Assembly (NCBI GenBank): GCA_016184225.1
Contig: JACPDA010000004.1
Coordinates: 279,927 to 343,926 of the forward strand
Reading direction: 5' to 3'
DNA length: 64,000 bases
DNA from: Candidatus Daviesbacteria bacterium
GTDB taxonomy: Bacteria; Patescibacteriota; Microgenomatia; Daviesbacterales; UBA10151
A program made the position numbers and the translations under genes. The notes under the pieces were generated by a model. The model saw only the letters and a program-made list of their open reading frames with translations. It did not search any database and was not told where the DNA came from. How positions within the stretch are numbered: the first letter of the stretch is position 1; each line of letters opens with the position of its first letter. Of the stretch, positions 1 to 9,421 are shown piece after piece.

Positions 1-894
1 ATTTTTGTTTCCGCATTGTCCCCAATAGTCAATTTTTTTGTCAAATTAAAATTACCAAAAGTTTTAAGTATTGCGCTGACATACATTATTATAATATCTG
101 TTTTAACAGGGTTTCTGGTTATGATTATACCTCCATTAGTGGAGCAGAGTAATAGGTTGATAGTTGCATCTCCGCCACTGATCACCCAGTTTTTTAATGT
201 TATCAATATCGATAAATCTCTTTTATCTTCAGAACTAACCGCCCTTTCGAAAAACCTATTTTCGATCACTTTATCTGTATTTGATAATCTATTGGCAATA
301 GTATTTTTGTTAGTCATAACTTTTTATATGCTATTGGAAAAAAATAATCTGGAAAGCCGCATCGCATCATTATTTAGAGATGAACAAGGTTCTTCTGCGA
401 ATGAACGAAGTTCTTCTGCGAATAAAGCAGAGAGAGTCAGAAGGTCTATTATAAAGATAGAGGAAAAATTAGGGGCATGGTTACAAGGTCAGTTAATCTT
501 GAGTCTACTTGTAGGTATTATGTCATATATCGGCCTTACTATCTTAAATGTTCCGTATGCCCTGCCGCTTGCCCTGATAGCGGGGGTAATGGAAGTGGTA
601 CCCGTAATAGGCCCGATAATCTCTGCTATCCCGGCCATTTTTATCGCATTAACAATTTCTCCTTTGTTGAGTGTTATGGTTGCCGCTATGTATCTTATTA
701 TTCAGCAACTGGAAAATAGCTTGATAGTCCCTCAAGTGATGAAACGTGCGGTTGGTTTAAATCCCCTAATCGTCATTTTGGCAATTGCCATAGGCAGCAG
801 ACTCTTGGGTATATCAGGTGCACTGTTGGCAGTCCCCATAGCAGTGGTGTTTCAAATTATAGCAGCAGAGATAATTGAAGGAAGAAAGAGTTAG
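1..894 (+). CDS. AI-2E (PerM/TqsA) family transporter, 5'-truncated by window edge
   Basis: Frame is open from position 1. Multi-TM protein with P-x-IG-P, QQLENSLIVP and G-x-x-GALLAVP motifs typical of the AI-2E family. Confidence 0.85.
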   Translation: MFVSALSPIVNFFVKLKLPKVLSIALTYIIIISVLTGFLVMIIPPLVEQSNRLIVASPPLITQFFNVINIDKSLLSSELTALSKNLFSITLSVFDNLLAIVFLLVITFYMLLEKNNLESRIASLFRDEQGSSANERSSSANKAERVRRSIIKIEEKLGAWLQGQLILSLLVGIMSYIGLTILNVPYALPLALIAGVMEVVPVIGPIISAIPAIFIALTISPLLSVMVAAMYLIIQQLENSLIVPQVMKRAVGLNPLIVILAIAIGSRLLGISGALLAVPIAVVFQIIAAEIIEGRKS

Positions 895-909
895 TTGTAT
901 AATATACAG

Positions 910-1248
910 GCCTAGGAAGAAGGATGATCGCCCGCGCAAATTTCACAAGAAATTTGAACGGGAGGAAAGTCCAGACAGCATAAAGCAGGGTGCCCGCCGT
1001 AAGGCGAGGAGCCGCAAGGCCTAGTTAGAGCAACAGTGACGAACCGAGGTAATGCTCGGGTGAAACGTGGCAATCCTCCCCGCTGCAATCCTAGAACCGA
1101 CAAAGCTGCTTGCTTACTTGTCGAAATCAGGAGCATTAGATAAATGATCGTCTAAAAACAGAATCTGGCTTTAGATAGTTACACGCGCAAGCGGAACTAT
1201 CGCAAGACAGATCTGTGAAACAGAATCTGGCTTACTAGCTTCCTAGGC
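910..1248 (+). ncRNA. rnpB: RNase P RNA
   Basis: Conserved GAGGAAAGTCC (CR-I) and ACAGAA-x-CTGGCTTA (CR-V). P1 pairs GCCTAGGAAG (910-919) with CTTCCTAGGC (1239-1248). TATAAT lies at 898-903. Confidence 0.95.
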
Positions 1249-1269
1249 ACCAAATTTATCATTCCAATT

Positions 1270-2295
1270 ATGAGTTTATCAAAATCTGAAGAGAAAATAT
1301 TGGAATCGATAAAGATAGCTTCTGAAAACAATCCTCTAAAACCAGAATTTCCACCCGATAACCCGAAGTTTCCGGCCACACCCACTTTTGCAATTCAGGT
1401 TCCGGGTTTTACCAATGTTTGGTTAAAAGACGAAAGCGTTAACCCAACTGGTACTCATAAGGATCGTATGGCTTGGGAGATGGTAGTGACATACCGTGAT
1501 TTTCTGATGGCCAAAAAGAGAGGACAAATTACAGCTTCACTGCCCCAGCTTTCAATAATTTCTTCCGGTTCAGCCGCAATCGCGATTCAGACCATGCTAA
1601 AAAAATACCATTTACCTAATCTTAAAGTACTCATTGATGTCGATATGGATCCTCGTCTAGAAGAAATTTTAAAGAACCTTGGTTGTGAGATTTTTGTGAC
1701 AGATCTTGCTAAAAAGCCTTTCAGCTGGAAAGAAATTTTAATTTTAACTCATAACCCGGACGGGTTTGATATTACTTCAAATGAGGCGCTGGATCCCACG
1801 ACCAGATTTTATGATTGGATGAGTTATGAGATTACTAACACTAGTCCTGACTATGTTTTTATCCCCTTTGGGACAGGTAACCTATATGAAAATATCTTAA
1901 ATATTACTAAAAAAGAAGTAACAACCGAAAATCATGACCCACGTTTTAAGGGAGATGTTGAAAAATTAAAACAATGCAGCTTTTTGGGTGCTACTACTAA
2001 TAACCCTAAGTCTAAAGCTGACAAGCTTTATTCTCCTCATTTACCGTTTGTACACTTTGACGAACAATGGATTCGCTTTTACAGGTATGGGGGTTATTGT
2101 GGCCCTAAATCAGATGTTAAACTGATTAAAGAAGAATATATAGATGAAGCAATTCAGTTGGCCAGACAACAAAATATTAACTGTGAACCATCCGGGATCG
2201 CTGGTTTGGCATTGATGTTGCAAATGAAGCAGGAATTGCCCTCTAAAAGTAAAATTTTAATCGTTAATACCGGTAAAACCAAATTACCCAAGTAA
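1270..2295 (+). CDS. PLP-dependent enzyme, fold type II (threonine synthase/cysteine synthase-like)
   Basis: LKDES-x-NPTGTHKDR PLP-lysine motif, SSG, PFGTG phosphate loop, EPSG, IVNTG. Confidence 0.8.
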   Translation: MSLSKSEEKILESIKIASENNPLKPEFPPDNPKFPATPTFAIQVPGFTNVWLKDESVNPTGTHKDRMAWEMVVTYRDFLMAKKRGQITASLPQLSIISSGSAAIAIQTMLKKYHLPNLKVLIDVDMDPRLEEILKNLGCEIFVTDLAKKPFSWKEILILTHNPDGFDITSNEALDPTTRFYDWMSYEITNTSPDYVFIPFGTGNLYENILNITKKEVTTENHDPRFKGDVEKLKQCSFLGATTNNPKSKADKLYSPHLPFVHFDEQWIRFYRYGGYCGPKSDVKLIKEEYIDEAIQLARQQNINCEPSGIAGLALMLQMKQELPSKSKILIVNTGKTKLPK

Positions 2296-2328
2296 CAAAT
2301 CTCATAATCTTTGATATACTGGTTTTAG

Positions 2329-3861
2329 ATGCTTGCGAAGATAATTTCCGGTGCAAATATAGGACTGGATGCTGCCATAGTCACTTGCGAAGTGGACATA
2401 GCCATGCGGGGTTTACCCAGTTTTACCATAGTGGGGTTAGGTGATCGGGCAGTTGAAGAAAGTAAAGAGCGGGTGCGGGCGGCATTCAGGAATTCCGGCT
2501 GTGAGTTTCCCCTTCATAAAATCACTGTTAATTTAGCTCCGGCTGACATGCCAAAAGAAGGCCCGGCATATGACCTGCCTATTGCTTTGGGTTTGCTTTT
2601 AGCATCAGGTCAAATAAGTTCTAATTTAGGAAAACTAGATATCTCTAACACTTTAATTGTAGGAGAGTTATCATTGGACGGAGGTTTAAGAAAAATTAAT
2701 GGAGTGTTACCTTTGGCGATCTTGGCTAAACAGCGTGGCATAAAAAAGATGGTAGTGCCAAAAGAAAACGGACAAGAGGCGGCAATAATTGAGGGCTTAG
2801 AAGTTTTAGCCCCGGAGTCTTTGCAACAGTTGGTAAGGGTTCTACTTGGACAGGAAGATTTGGAATTTGTACAAAGGCCGATTTTAAATTTGGAAGATAG
2901 TTTAACTTACGAATATGATTTTTCTCAGATTAAGGGACAAGAAAGTGCAAAAAGAGCTTTGGAGGTTTCAGCGGCAGGCGGCCATAATATTTTACTAAAA
3001 GGGCCGCCGGGAGCGGGTAAAACTATGCTGGCCCGGACTTTTTCATCAATCTTGCCGCCCTTAACTTTTGATGAAGCACTAGAAGTAACAAAGATTTATT
3101 CTATAGCAGGACTTTTAGAAAATAATAAGTCTTTGGTAACCAGTCGACCATTCAGGTCGCCTCATCATAGCGCTTCATACGTGGGGTTACTTGGTGGAGG
3201 AAACTCTATTCGTCCCGGCGAAATTTCCCTGGCACACAGAGGTGTTTTATTTTTGGATGAGGTGGCAGAGTTTCCCCGCCAGAGTTTGGAAAGTTTAAGG
3301 CAGCCTCTGGAAGATCACCATATTACCATCTCCCGAGCCTCAGGATCAATCAATTTACCTGCACAGTTTATTCTGTTTGCTGCACAAAACCCCTGTCCTT
3401 GCGGGTTTTTAGGAGACAGAAAAAGGAACTGTACTTGTATGCCCGGGCAAATTGCCAAATATAAAAGAAGGATTTCAGGTCCCTTTTTGGATAGGGTAGA
3501 CATTTATCTGGAAGTGCCGCCTGTGGAGGTGGACAAGTTATCTGCTGATTTGAAAACGGAAAGTTCTTCCGAGATTAGGAAGAAAGTTGCTGCAGCAAGG
3601 AAAATCCAGCAAGAGCGGTTCAAAGGAAGAATTTTAACTAATTCCGAGATGAATAATAAAGATATAAAGGAACACTGCATACTTACACAGGAAGGTTTGG
3701 ATCTTTTAAAAATGGCCGTATCTTCACTTAATCTCTCTGCCCGGGGTTACCATCGGGTACTTAAATTATCAAGAACAATTGCAGATTTGGCAGGGGCAGC
3801 AAATATTCAAGCAGAACACATAGCTGAAGCCTTGCAATATCGATCCAGAGAGGATGTTTAG
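2329..3861 (+). CDS. comM: YifB/ComM Mg-chelatase-like AAA+ ATPase
   Basis: VNLAPAD, Walker A GPPGAGKT, RPFRSPHH, PGEISLAHRGVLFLDE, NPCPCG. Confidence 0.93.
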   Translation: MLAKIISGANIGLDAAIVTCEVDIAMRGLPSFTIVGLGDRAVEESKERVRAAFRNSGCEFPLHKITVNLAPADMPKEGPAYDLPIALGLLLASGQISSNLGKLDISNTLIVGELSLDGGLRKINGVLPLAILAKQRGIKKMVVPKENGQEAAIIEGLEVLAPESLQQLVRVLLGQEDLEFVQRPILNLEDSLTYEYDFSQIKGQESAKRALEVSAAGGHNILLKGPPGAGKTMLARTFSSILPPLTFDEALEVTKIYSIAGLLENNKSLVTSRPFRSPHHSASYVGLLGGGNSIRPGEISLAHRGVLFLDEVAEFPRQSLESLRQPLEDHHITISRASGSINLPAQFILFAAQNPCPCGFLGDRKRNCTCMPGQIAKYKRRISGPFLDRVDIYLEVPPVEVDKLSADLKTESSSEIRKKVAAARKIQQERFKGRILTNSEMNNKDIKEHCILTQEGLDLLKMAVSSLNLSARGYHRVLKLSRTIADLAGAANIQAEHIAEALQYRSREDV

Positions 3862-3868
3862 ATCGTAC

Positions 3869-3921
3869 AAAAAATCCCACTTCGCCATGGACCATTCGGT
3901 ACAGGGTTTCGTGGGATTTTT
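3869..3921. terminator. Probable bidirectional terminator between convergent genes
   Basis: AAAAAATCCCAC ... GTGGGATTTTT inverted repeat with A/T tails and an unusually long loop. Confidence 0.5.
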
Positions 3922-3964
3922 CGAAATGGTGAATCCTTCGACTACGCTCAGGATTTCACTCTTT

Positions 3965-4105
3965 TTAGCCACCAATTCTAAACATAGAAGTACCGCAAAC
4001 TGGACAAGTACCTTTGGAGGCTTTCTTACCATTTTTCATAGTAACTTCTTGTACATTTTGTGCATCTCTTTTTTGGCGACACTTAACACAATACATTTGT
4101 GCCAT
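3965..4105 (-). CDS. Small zinc-ribbon protein (DUF5679-like), 46 aa, absent from ORF track
   Basis: Manual translation MAQMYCVKCRQKRDAQNVQEVTMKNGKKASKGTCPVCGTSMFRIGG has two CxxC motifs. SD-like AAAGGGGGTGA lies upstream. Confidence 0.85.
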   Translation of the reverse strand: MAQMYCVKCRQKRDAQNVQEVTMKNGKKASKGTCPVCGTSMFRIGG

Positions 4106-4125
4106 AATTTAAACTCACCCCCTTT

Positions 4126-4437
4126 CTAGAAAAGATTCAAATTTAAGATATTGTTTTTCAAGAGAAAATACAAAATAATTTGGCTTCCTATTGCCAGTGA
4201 TGAAAGGGTGGCGATCTTTAATAAATCCTGGTGAAGATAGGTTAAATCAGATGAAATCAGTGTATCGGTAGGTCGGTGTACCGGTATTTCAGTGTGCTGG
4301 TAGGTCAGCGTATCAGAGTATTGACTCTTTGACTCTTTGACTCTTTGACTCTGGATATCCTTACCGTAGACTTGCCTGCGGAGCAACTGTAGGCGTTTTT
4401 CCAGATCTGATTGTCTTTTGGTCTGTTGGATAGCCAT
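4126..4437 (-). CDS. Hypothetical protein with C-terminal TM; central part encoded by octamer repeats
   Basis: 103-aa ORF with (TTGACTCT)x4 at 4321-4352. Confidence 0.65.
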   Translation of the reverse strand: MAIQQTKRQSDLEKRLQLLRRQVYGKDIQSQRVKESKSQYSDTLTYQHTEIPVHRPTDTLISSDLTYLHQDLLKIATLSSLAIGSQIILYFLLKNNILNLNLF

Positions 4438-4540
4438 ACTTGAATTGAATTCTTACGCTCAGTTGAGCCTAGCACGATCAGGTGAGCCTGTCAAGCACCA
4501 ACTGAACCTAAAATTATAGGTTATCATGCAGAAAACGGGG

Positions 4541-4569
4541 TTGACAAGATTTTTGTCATAAAGTATATT
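4541..4569 (+). promoter_or_regulatory. Sigma70 promoter
   Basis: TTGACA-17 nt-TATATT upstream of the ATG at 4583. Confidence 0.65.
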
Positions 4570-4582
4570 GAAAGAGTAACTT

Positions 4583-5050
4583 ATGTATTCGGATTGGGTT
4601 GGTCCGGCTATTGCCGGATTTTTGGCAGTTTGGCTTTTGGTTTTGAGTTTTCTAATTTGGCAGCAAAATAAATTCTTACGGTTGCTTTTTCCCAAATCAG
4701 GAGAAAGAGACATCAGAAAAAAATTTGAAGAAGTTATAAAGGCTGTTGAAGAATTTAAGGGTGGGTTGTCTGAGCTGGAAAATAAACTGAGGGCGATCAA
4801 GGATCAGGGTTTGGATCATATACAAAGGGTGGAGCTTGTACGTTTCAATCCTTATGATGATACAGGAGGAAACATAAGTTTTACGGCTTGTTTTCTGGAT
4901 AATGGCGGCTCGGGGGTGGTCATCACTAGTTTGCATGCAAGGTCAGGAACCAGGGTATTTGGCAAGGAAATAATTTCCGGAAAAAGCAAAAAGTATCAGT
5001 TATCAAAAGAAGAAGAATTGGTGATCAAAAAGGCAATGACAGAAAATTGA
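4583..5050 (+). CDS. DUF4446 family protein
   Basis: N-terminal TM and coiled coil, then VRFNPYDDTGG..SF..LD..G.V.TSLH.R..TR...K and LS.EE. Confidence 0.85.
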   Translation: MYSDWVGPAIAGFLAVWLLVLSFLIWQQNKFLRLLFPKSGERDIRKKFEEVIKAVEEFKGGLSELENKLRAIKDQGLDHIQRVELVRFNPYDDTGGNISFTACFLDNGGSGVVITSLHARSGTRVFGKEIISGKSKKYQLSKEEELVIKKAMTEN

Positions 5051-6225
5051 TGAAAAAAATAACAGAAATATTTCAACGTTTAACTAATATACAGAAGGCT
5101 TTAAGTTTAATTATATTAGGGATAGTTTTATATGTGGTCTCCATAAGCCTATCTTATTCTTTGTTCAGTCGGTTTGGTCCAGCCTCTTTTGGTACAGAAG
5201 ATTTAACCACACTGCCTACCCCCAGTAATGCATTTATTGAAGATCCAAAAGAACCAAAGGTAGCGGATTGTCCATTAAACGGTAGTAAGCATACTAAAAA
5301 AGCCCAAGATTTCTGGAGTGAAAGAAGGCCGCTGGCCGTAATGATTGAAAATCACACAGAGGCAAGGCCGCAATCAGGGTTAAGTTCATCAGATATAGTC
5401 TATGAAGCAGTTGCAGAAGGTGGAATTACCCGGTTTATGGCACTTTTTTACTGTAATCTTTCAGATGCTCAAGTGGGACCTGTGAGATCTGCCAGAACTT
5501 ACTATTTAGATTGGTTGGGGGAGTATGATGCCCTTTATGCCCATGTTGGAGGGGCTAATACGCCTGGTCCCGCTGATGCGCTGTCGCAGATTATAAAATA
5601 TTCTGTTAAGGATCTGAACCAATTTAGTATCGGATTTCCTATCTTTTGGAGGGATTATCAAAGGTTAGATCATCCTGTTGCTACAGAGCACACGATGTAT
5701 TCCACAACTCAAAAACTTTGGGAAGTAGGAGCAAAACGCGGCTTCACGGCCACTGATTCGGCAGGACTGCGCTGGGATGATGATTTTACTCCTTGGAAGT
5801 TCAAAGAAGATCAGGGTGGGGGTACTACCAGTAAAATTACAGTCAATTTTTGGGGTTCACAACCCGGATATCAGGTGGAATGGAATTATGATTCTGAGGC
5901 AAACTTATACAAAAGGAGAAACGGTGAACCGCATATGGATCTAAACAATAATCAGCAACTTGAAGCCAAAGTAGTTATAGTTCAATTTCAAAGGGAATCA
6001 AATGCCAATGACGGTTATCCCGGGAATGTGCACCTTTTGTACGGGACGATCGGTTCGGGTAAGGCCTTAATTTTTCAAGACGGCAATGTGGTAGAGGGTA
6101 AATGGATTAAAGCGTCCAGACTTTCCAGAAGTAAGTATGTAGATGCAAGTGGTAGAGAAGTAGAATTTAACAGAGGACAAATTTGGATTCAAACTGTACC
6201 GGAAGGATCAAAGGTAAGTTATTAA
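5050..6225 (+). CDS. DUF3048 (YerB-like) membrane-anchored protein
   Basis: RPLAVMIEN, ARPQSGL, VYE..AEGGITRF, GPVRSAR, G.IWIQ. Confidence 0.88.
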   Translation: MKKITEIFQRLTNIQKALSLIILGIVLYVVSISLSYSLFSRFGPASFGTEDLTTLPTPSNAFIEDPKEPKVADCPLNGSKHTKKAQDFWSERRPLAVMIENHTEARPQSGLSSSDIVYEAVAEGGITRFMALFYCNLSDAQVGPVRSARTYYLDWLGEYDALYAHVGGANTPGPADALSQIIKYSVKDLNQFSIGFPIFWRDYQRLDHPVATEHTMYSTTQKLWEVGAKRGFTATDSAGLRWDDDFTPWKFKEDQGGGTTSKITVNFWGSQPGYQVEWNYDSEANLYKRRNGEPHMDLNNNQQLEAKVVIVQFQRESNANDGYPGNVHLLYGTIGSGKALIFQDGNVVEGKWIKASRLSRSKYVDASGREVEFNRGQIWIQTVPEGSKVSY

Positions 6226-6267
6226 TTCCGATTTAATCGGAACTTTCTGCCCGGAAAGGAGGTTAAA

Positions 6268-6858
6268 ATGCTTGAGGAACTTTTTGTCTCAAGAGTCCGG
6301 GTAAAAATACTGCAACTTTTTTTATCTAACCCACAAGAGTCGCTTTTTCATGTCCGTGAGATAGTACGTAGGGTTTCCGAAGAGATTAATGCCGTTCGTA
6401 GAGAACTGGCAAGGATGGAAAAGTTCGGGATGGTTTCGTCAGAATGGAGAGCAAACCGTAGACTCTATCGTTTTCGCAAGGATTACACCTATTACCGGGA
6501 GCTTTTGAGTTTAGTGACTAAATCAACCGGATTGGGTGGGGCAATACTCAAAAATAAAGGTAAATTGGGAAGGATTAAATATGCCATGGTGGCTACCCGC
6601 TATTTTAAACATGAGTCCTCAGAGGGCGGAGATGTTGATTTGTTGGTAGTAGGTCAGATAGTCTTGCCGGAACTGCAGGCTATTATTGCCGACGAACAAG
6701 CCAAAAGAGAGACGGAGATTAACTACTCTTTTATGGATGAGGCGGAATTTCAATTCAGGGTTAAAAGACGAGATCCGTTTATCTTGCGAGTGATTACCCA
6801 ACCTAAAATAATGCTGCTTGGGGATGAGGAAGATTTGCTGTCCGGTGTAGTAATATAA
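6268..6858 (+). CDS. Winged-HTH plus degenerate nucleotidyltransferase-like domain protein
   Basis: N-terminal wHTH (HVREIVR..INAVRREL) and C-terminal DVDLLVVG. SD GGAGG upstream. Confidence 0.75.
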   Translation: MLEELFVSRVRVKILQLFLSNPQESLFHVREIVRRVSEEINAVRRELARMEKFGMVSSEWRANRRLYRFRKDYTYYRELLSLVTKSTGLGGAILKNKGKLGRIKYAMVATRYFKHESSEGGDVDLLVVGQIVLPELQAIIADEQAKRETEINYSFMDEAEFQFRVKRRDPFILRVITQPKIMLLGDEEDLLSGVVI

Positions 6859-6882
6859 ACTTTTCTTGGGTATAATTTTCTA

Positions 6883-8196
6883 ATGCGGCCGAGAGTGGTT
6901 TTGTGGACAGTTTTATTTTTAACAATCCTGGCGCTGTGGATTGATATCCCTTCATTTCAACAAATGCCTGCTTTGAAAATTCTTGATAAAAGGGTTGAGA
7001 TTTTTGGTGTTTTGCCTCTAAAGCTTGGTCTTGATCTGCAAGGGGGTACCCAGCTTGTTTTGGAAACCCAGATGGAAAAGATCGCCTCTGACAATAGAGA
7101 CAGCGCTTTGGAATCGGCTAAGCAAGTGTTGGAAAAAAGAGTTAATTTATACGGGATTTCTGAAGCAGTGGTGCAATCTTCTAAAGTAGGGAGCCAGAGA
7201 AGAATATTGATTGAGCTGCCAGGACTAAAAAATGCATCGGATGCAGCTAATTTAGTTGGTAAGACTGCACAGCTTGATTTTAGGGAGATGGTGGGAACCC
7301 CCTCGGCAGAAGCTACAGAATCTGCCAGCGCTCTTATTGAAACTTTTAAGCCGACTGGTTTAACAGGGGCAGATTTAAAAAAAGCACAGGTAACTTTTGG
7401 CTCGGGACAAGGAGGCAGATCAGGGCCACAGGTATCAATTGAATTTACTCCGAAGGGGGCAGAGAAATTTGCCGAGATTACAAAAAGAAATGTTGATAAA
7501 CCTTTAGGTATGTTTTTAGACGGGATACCGATTAGTTGGCCGCCTCCGGTGGTCCAACAGGAGATTGTTGGTGGGAATGCCGTAATCACTGGACAATTCA
7601 CCACTGAAGAAGCAAAGAATTTGGCTATACAATTAAATGCCGGAGCATTACCAGTTCCAATTAAGATTATCGAACAAAGGTCTATCGGACCGACACTCGG
7701 GGCTGAATCCATAAATAAAAGTTTAATCGCAGGAATTATTGGTATTCTGATAGTAGCGTTATTCATGTGGGCTTATTATGGTTTCTTGGGGCTAATTGCA
7801 GACGGAGCTTTAGCGATCTACACGCTTTTAGTATTGGCGGTTTTCAAAACCGGGCTTTTTATTTTGCCTCCGGTAACTCTCACTTTGGCAGGAATAGCCG
7901 GGTTTATATTATCAATTGGCATGGCGGTTGATGCCAATATTTTAATTTTTGAGAGAATGAAGGAAGAAATCCGTTGGGGCAAAACTAAGACTTTGGCTTT
8001 GGAATTGGGATTTAAAAGAGCGTGGTCTTCTATCTGGGCTTCTAATGTTTCTTCTCTGATGACCGCCGCTATTTTATTCGGCATGGGAACCTCTTTAATA
8101 AAGGGTTTTGCTATAACTTTGGCAATTGGGGTATTAGTTTCAATGCTTACGGCCGTTGTTGTAACAAGAACATTTCTGAGGTTATTCATTAGATGA
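6883..8196 (+). CDS. secD: Protein translocase subunit SecD
   Basis: LGLDLQGG, LNAGALP, IGPTLG, IGMAVDANILIFER. Confidence 0.96.
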   Translation: MRPRVVLWTVLFLTILALWIDIPSFQQMPALKILDKRVEIFGVLPLKLGLDLQGGTQLVLETQMEKIASDNRDSALESAKQVLEKRVNLYGISEAVVQSSKVGSQRRILIELPGLKNASDAANLVGKTAQLDFREMVGTPSAEATESASALIETFKPTGLTGADLKKAQVTFGSGQGGRSGPQVSIEFTPKGAEKFAEITKRNVDKPLGMFLDGIPISWPPPVVQQEIVGGNAVITGQFTTEEAKNLAIQLNAGALPVPIKIIEQRSIGPTLGAESINKSLIAGIIGILIVALFMWAYYGFLGLIADGALAIYTLLVLAVFKTGLFILPPVTLTLAGIAGFILSIGMAVDANILIFERMKEEIRWGKTKTLALELGFKRAWSSIWASNVSSLMTAAILFGMGTSLIKGFAITLAIGVLVSMLTAVVVTRTFLRLFIR

Positions 8197-9098
8197 AATT
8201 TATTGGTAGAAAACCGCATTATGAATATTTAAAGAATAAATGGATGCTCCGCCAGAGTGCTATCCAAAATAAATTTTGGGAAAATCATGGAGATTCACTT
8301 AAGCATTTGGCAATAGGATCCCTAGGAGGATTAATGTTGTTTTCAAGCTCTCATCAGCAACAACTGTCAGCTCCAAATTTAATTGTCAGCCGTGACGGAA
8401 TCCTTAAAGGCTACGATCAGAATGTATTACTCGCCCAGGTTTTATCGGAAAAAGTGCCCAAGGAAATAAGACCGCTGGATCCTTTAGAAGAGAAAGATAT
8501 AATCAATATATTATCTAAAAATTTTGGCTTTAAGGTGACAGCAGAAAAAGATAATATAAAGCTGAATAGAAATTATGGTTTAATTGGAGGGGAGCAGCAT
8601 TTATATCGCTACCCTGGTGATAACTTATATGCCCATGCAGATACCACTTCGGATTATGCAAATTATGGGGGAGCCGGAATTGCGCCGGGACTGGGGGCCT
8701 GGGGTTATTTTGCGTCTTCCAAAGAGGATTTCAGCGATAAGGATAGACAAAGAGAGCGTTATTACTTGGCAATCCAGACATTTTTAGCACCGGGTTTTGC
8801 CGAGAATTTTAAAGAATATAGGGATTTTTTTAAGTACAGAAAGATGCTGGTTATTAATCCTAAAACAGGACAGGCGGTTGTGGCAGTCATTGGCGATGCG
8901 GGGCCGGCCGAATGGACAGGTAAACATTTGGGCGGATCACCTGAAGTAATGGATATGGTGGGTCTTGCTACGGGTCCAAGAAAGGGCCCGGTGCTATACT
9001 TTTTTATAGATGACCCGGAGGATAAAGTTCCTTTGGGTCCGGTTAAAGTGACGAGCATAGCGAGTCATCCTGAGCGAAGCGAAGGATCTATATTATGA
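8193..9098 (+). CDS. Hypothetical exported protein with possible RlpA/double-psi beta-barrel-like C-terminus
   Basis: Hydrophobic segment near the N-terminus. C-terminal VINPKTG.AVVAVIGDAGP resembles the DPBB V.V.D.GP motif (inference). Confidence 0.6.
   Translation: MKFIGRKPHYEYLKNKWMLRQSAIQNKFWENHGDSLKHLAIGSLGGLMLFSSSHQQQLSAPNLIVSRDGILKGYDQNVLLAQVLSEKVPKEIRPLDPLEEKDIINILSKNFGFKVTAEKDNIKLNRNYGLIGGEQHLYRYPGDNLYAHADTTSDYANYGGAGIAPGLGAWGYFASSKEDFSDKDRQRERYYLAIQTFLAPGFAENFKEYRDFFKYRKMLVINPKTGQAVVAVIGDAGPAEWTGKHLGGSPEVMDMVGLATGPRKGPVLYFFIDDPEDKVPLGPVKVTSIASHPERSEGSIL
9064..9089 (+). repeat. REP-like element GTCATCCTGAGCGAAGCGAAGGATCT
   Basis: Related copies at 42957-43005, 24237-24269 and 56187-56221 (reverse). 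CTGAG..TCGAA cores at 3935-3952, 11014-11038 and 27931-27964. Confidence 0.75.
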
Positions 9099-9421
9099 AA
9101 CAATTTTATTCACATTTAATTGAAGTAGAATCATTAATTGTTGAGCTGGATAAGTTGGATCTAACTGGGGAGCAGAAAATTCACCTAGCTGGTTTAGTAG
9201 ATTCCAGCTTACACCATACTGTTTTGGATGCGGTATTATCTGAGTTATCTCCTGAAGACAAAAAGGCTTTTCTTTATCATCTGAGGGATGCTGATCACAA
9301 TAAGATCTGGCAATTTCTTAATACTAAGGTGAATAATATAGAAGAGAAAATAAAGAAAGCGGCTGGAGACTTAAAGGAAGAGCTTAGAAAAGATTTAAGG
9401 GAGGCGGGTAAGAAAAAATAA
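9095..9421 (+). CDS. Hypothetical helical protein
   Basis: 108-aa ORF overlapping both neighbours' start/stop codons. Confidence 0.7.
   Translation: MKQFYSHLIEVESLIVELDKLDLTGEQKIHLAGLVDSSLHHTVLDAVLSELSPEDKKAFLYHLRDADHNKIWQFLNTKVNNIEEKIKKAAGDLKEELRKDLREAGKKK

Noticed and set aside
912-1136. 74-aa minus-strand ORF
   Set aside because: Antisense to RNase P RNA.
3854-4129. 91-aa plus-strand ORF in the track; also ribosomal protein L33 as identity of the minus-strand sORF
   Set aside because: The plus-strand ORF is a shadow over hairpins and the real minus-strand Zn-ribbon gene, whose motif spacing does not match L33.
6957-7766. 269-aa antisense ORF, and similar shadows over secF, copA, lon, hppA and nrdJ
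   Set aside because: Opposite well-supported genes with no motifs; explained by codon bias.
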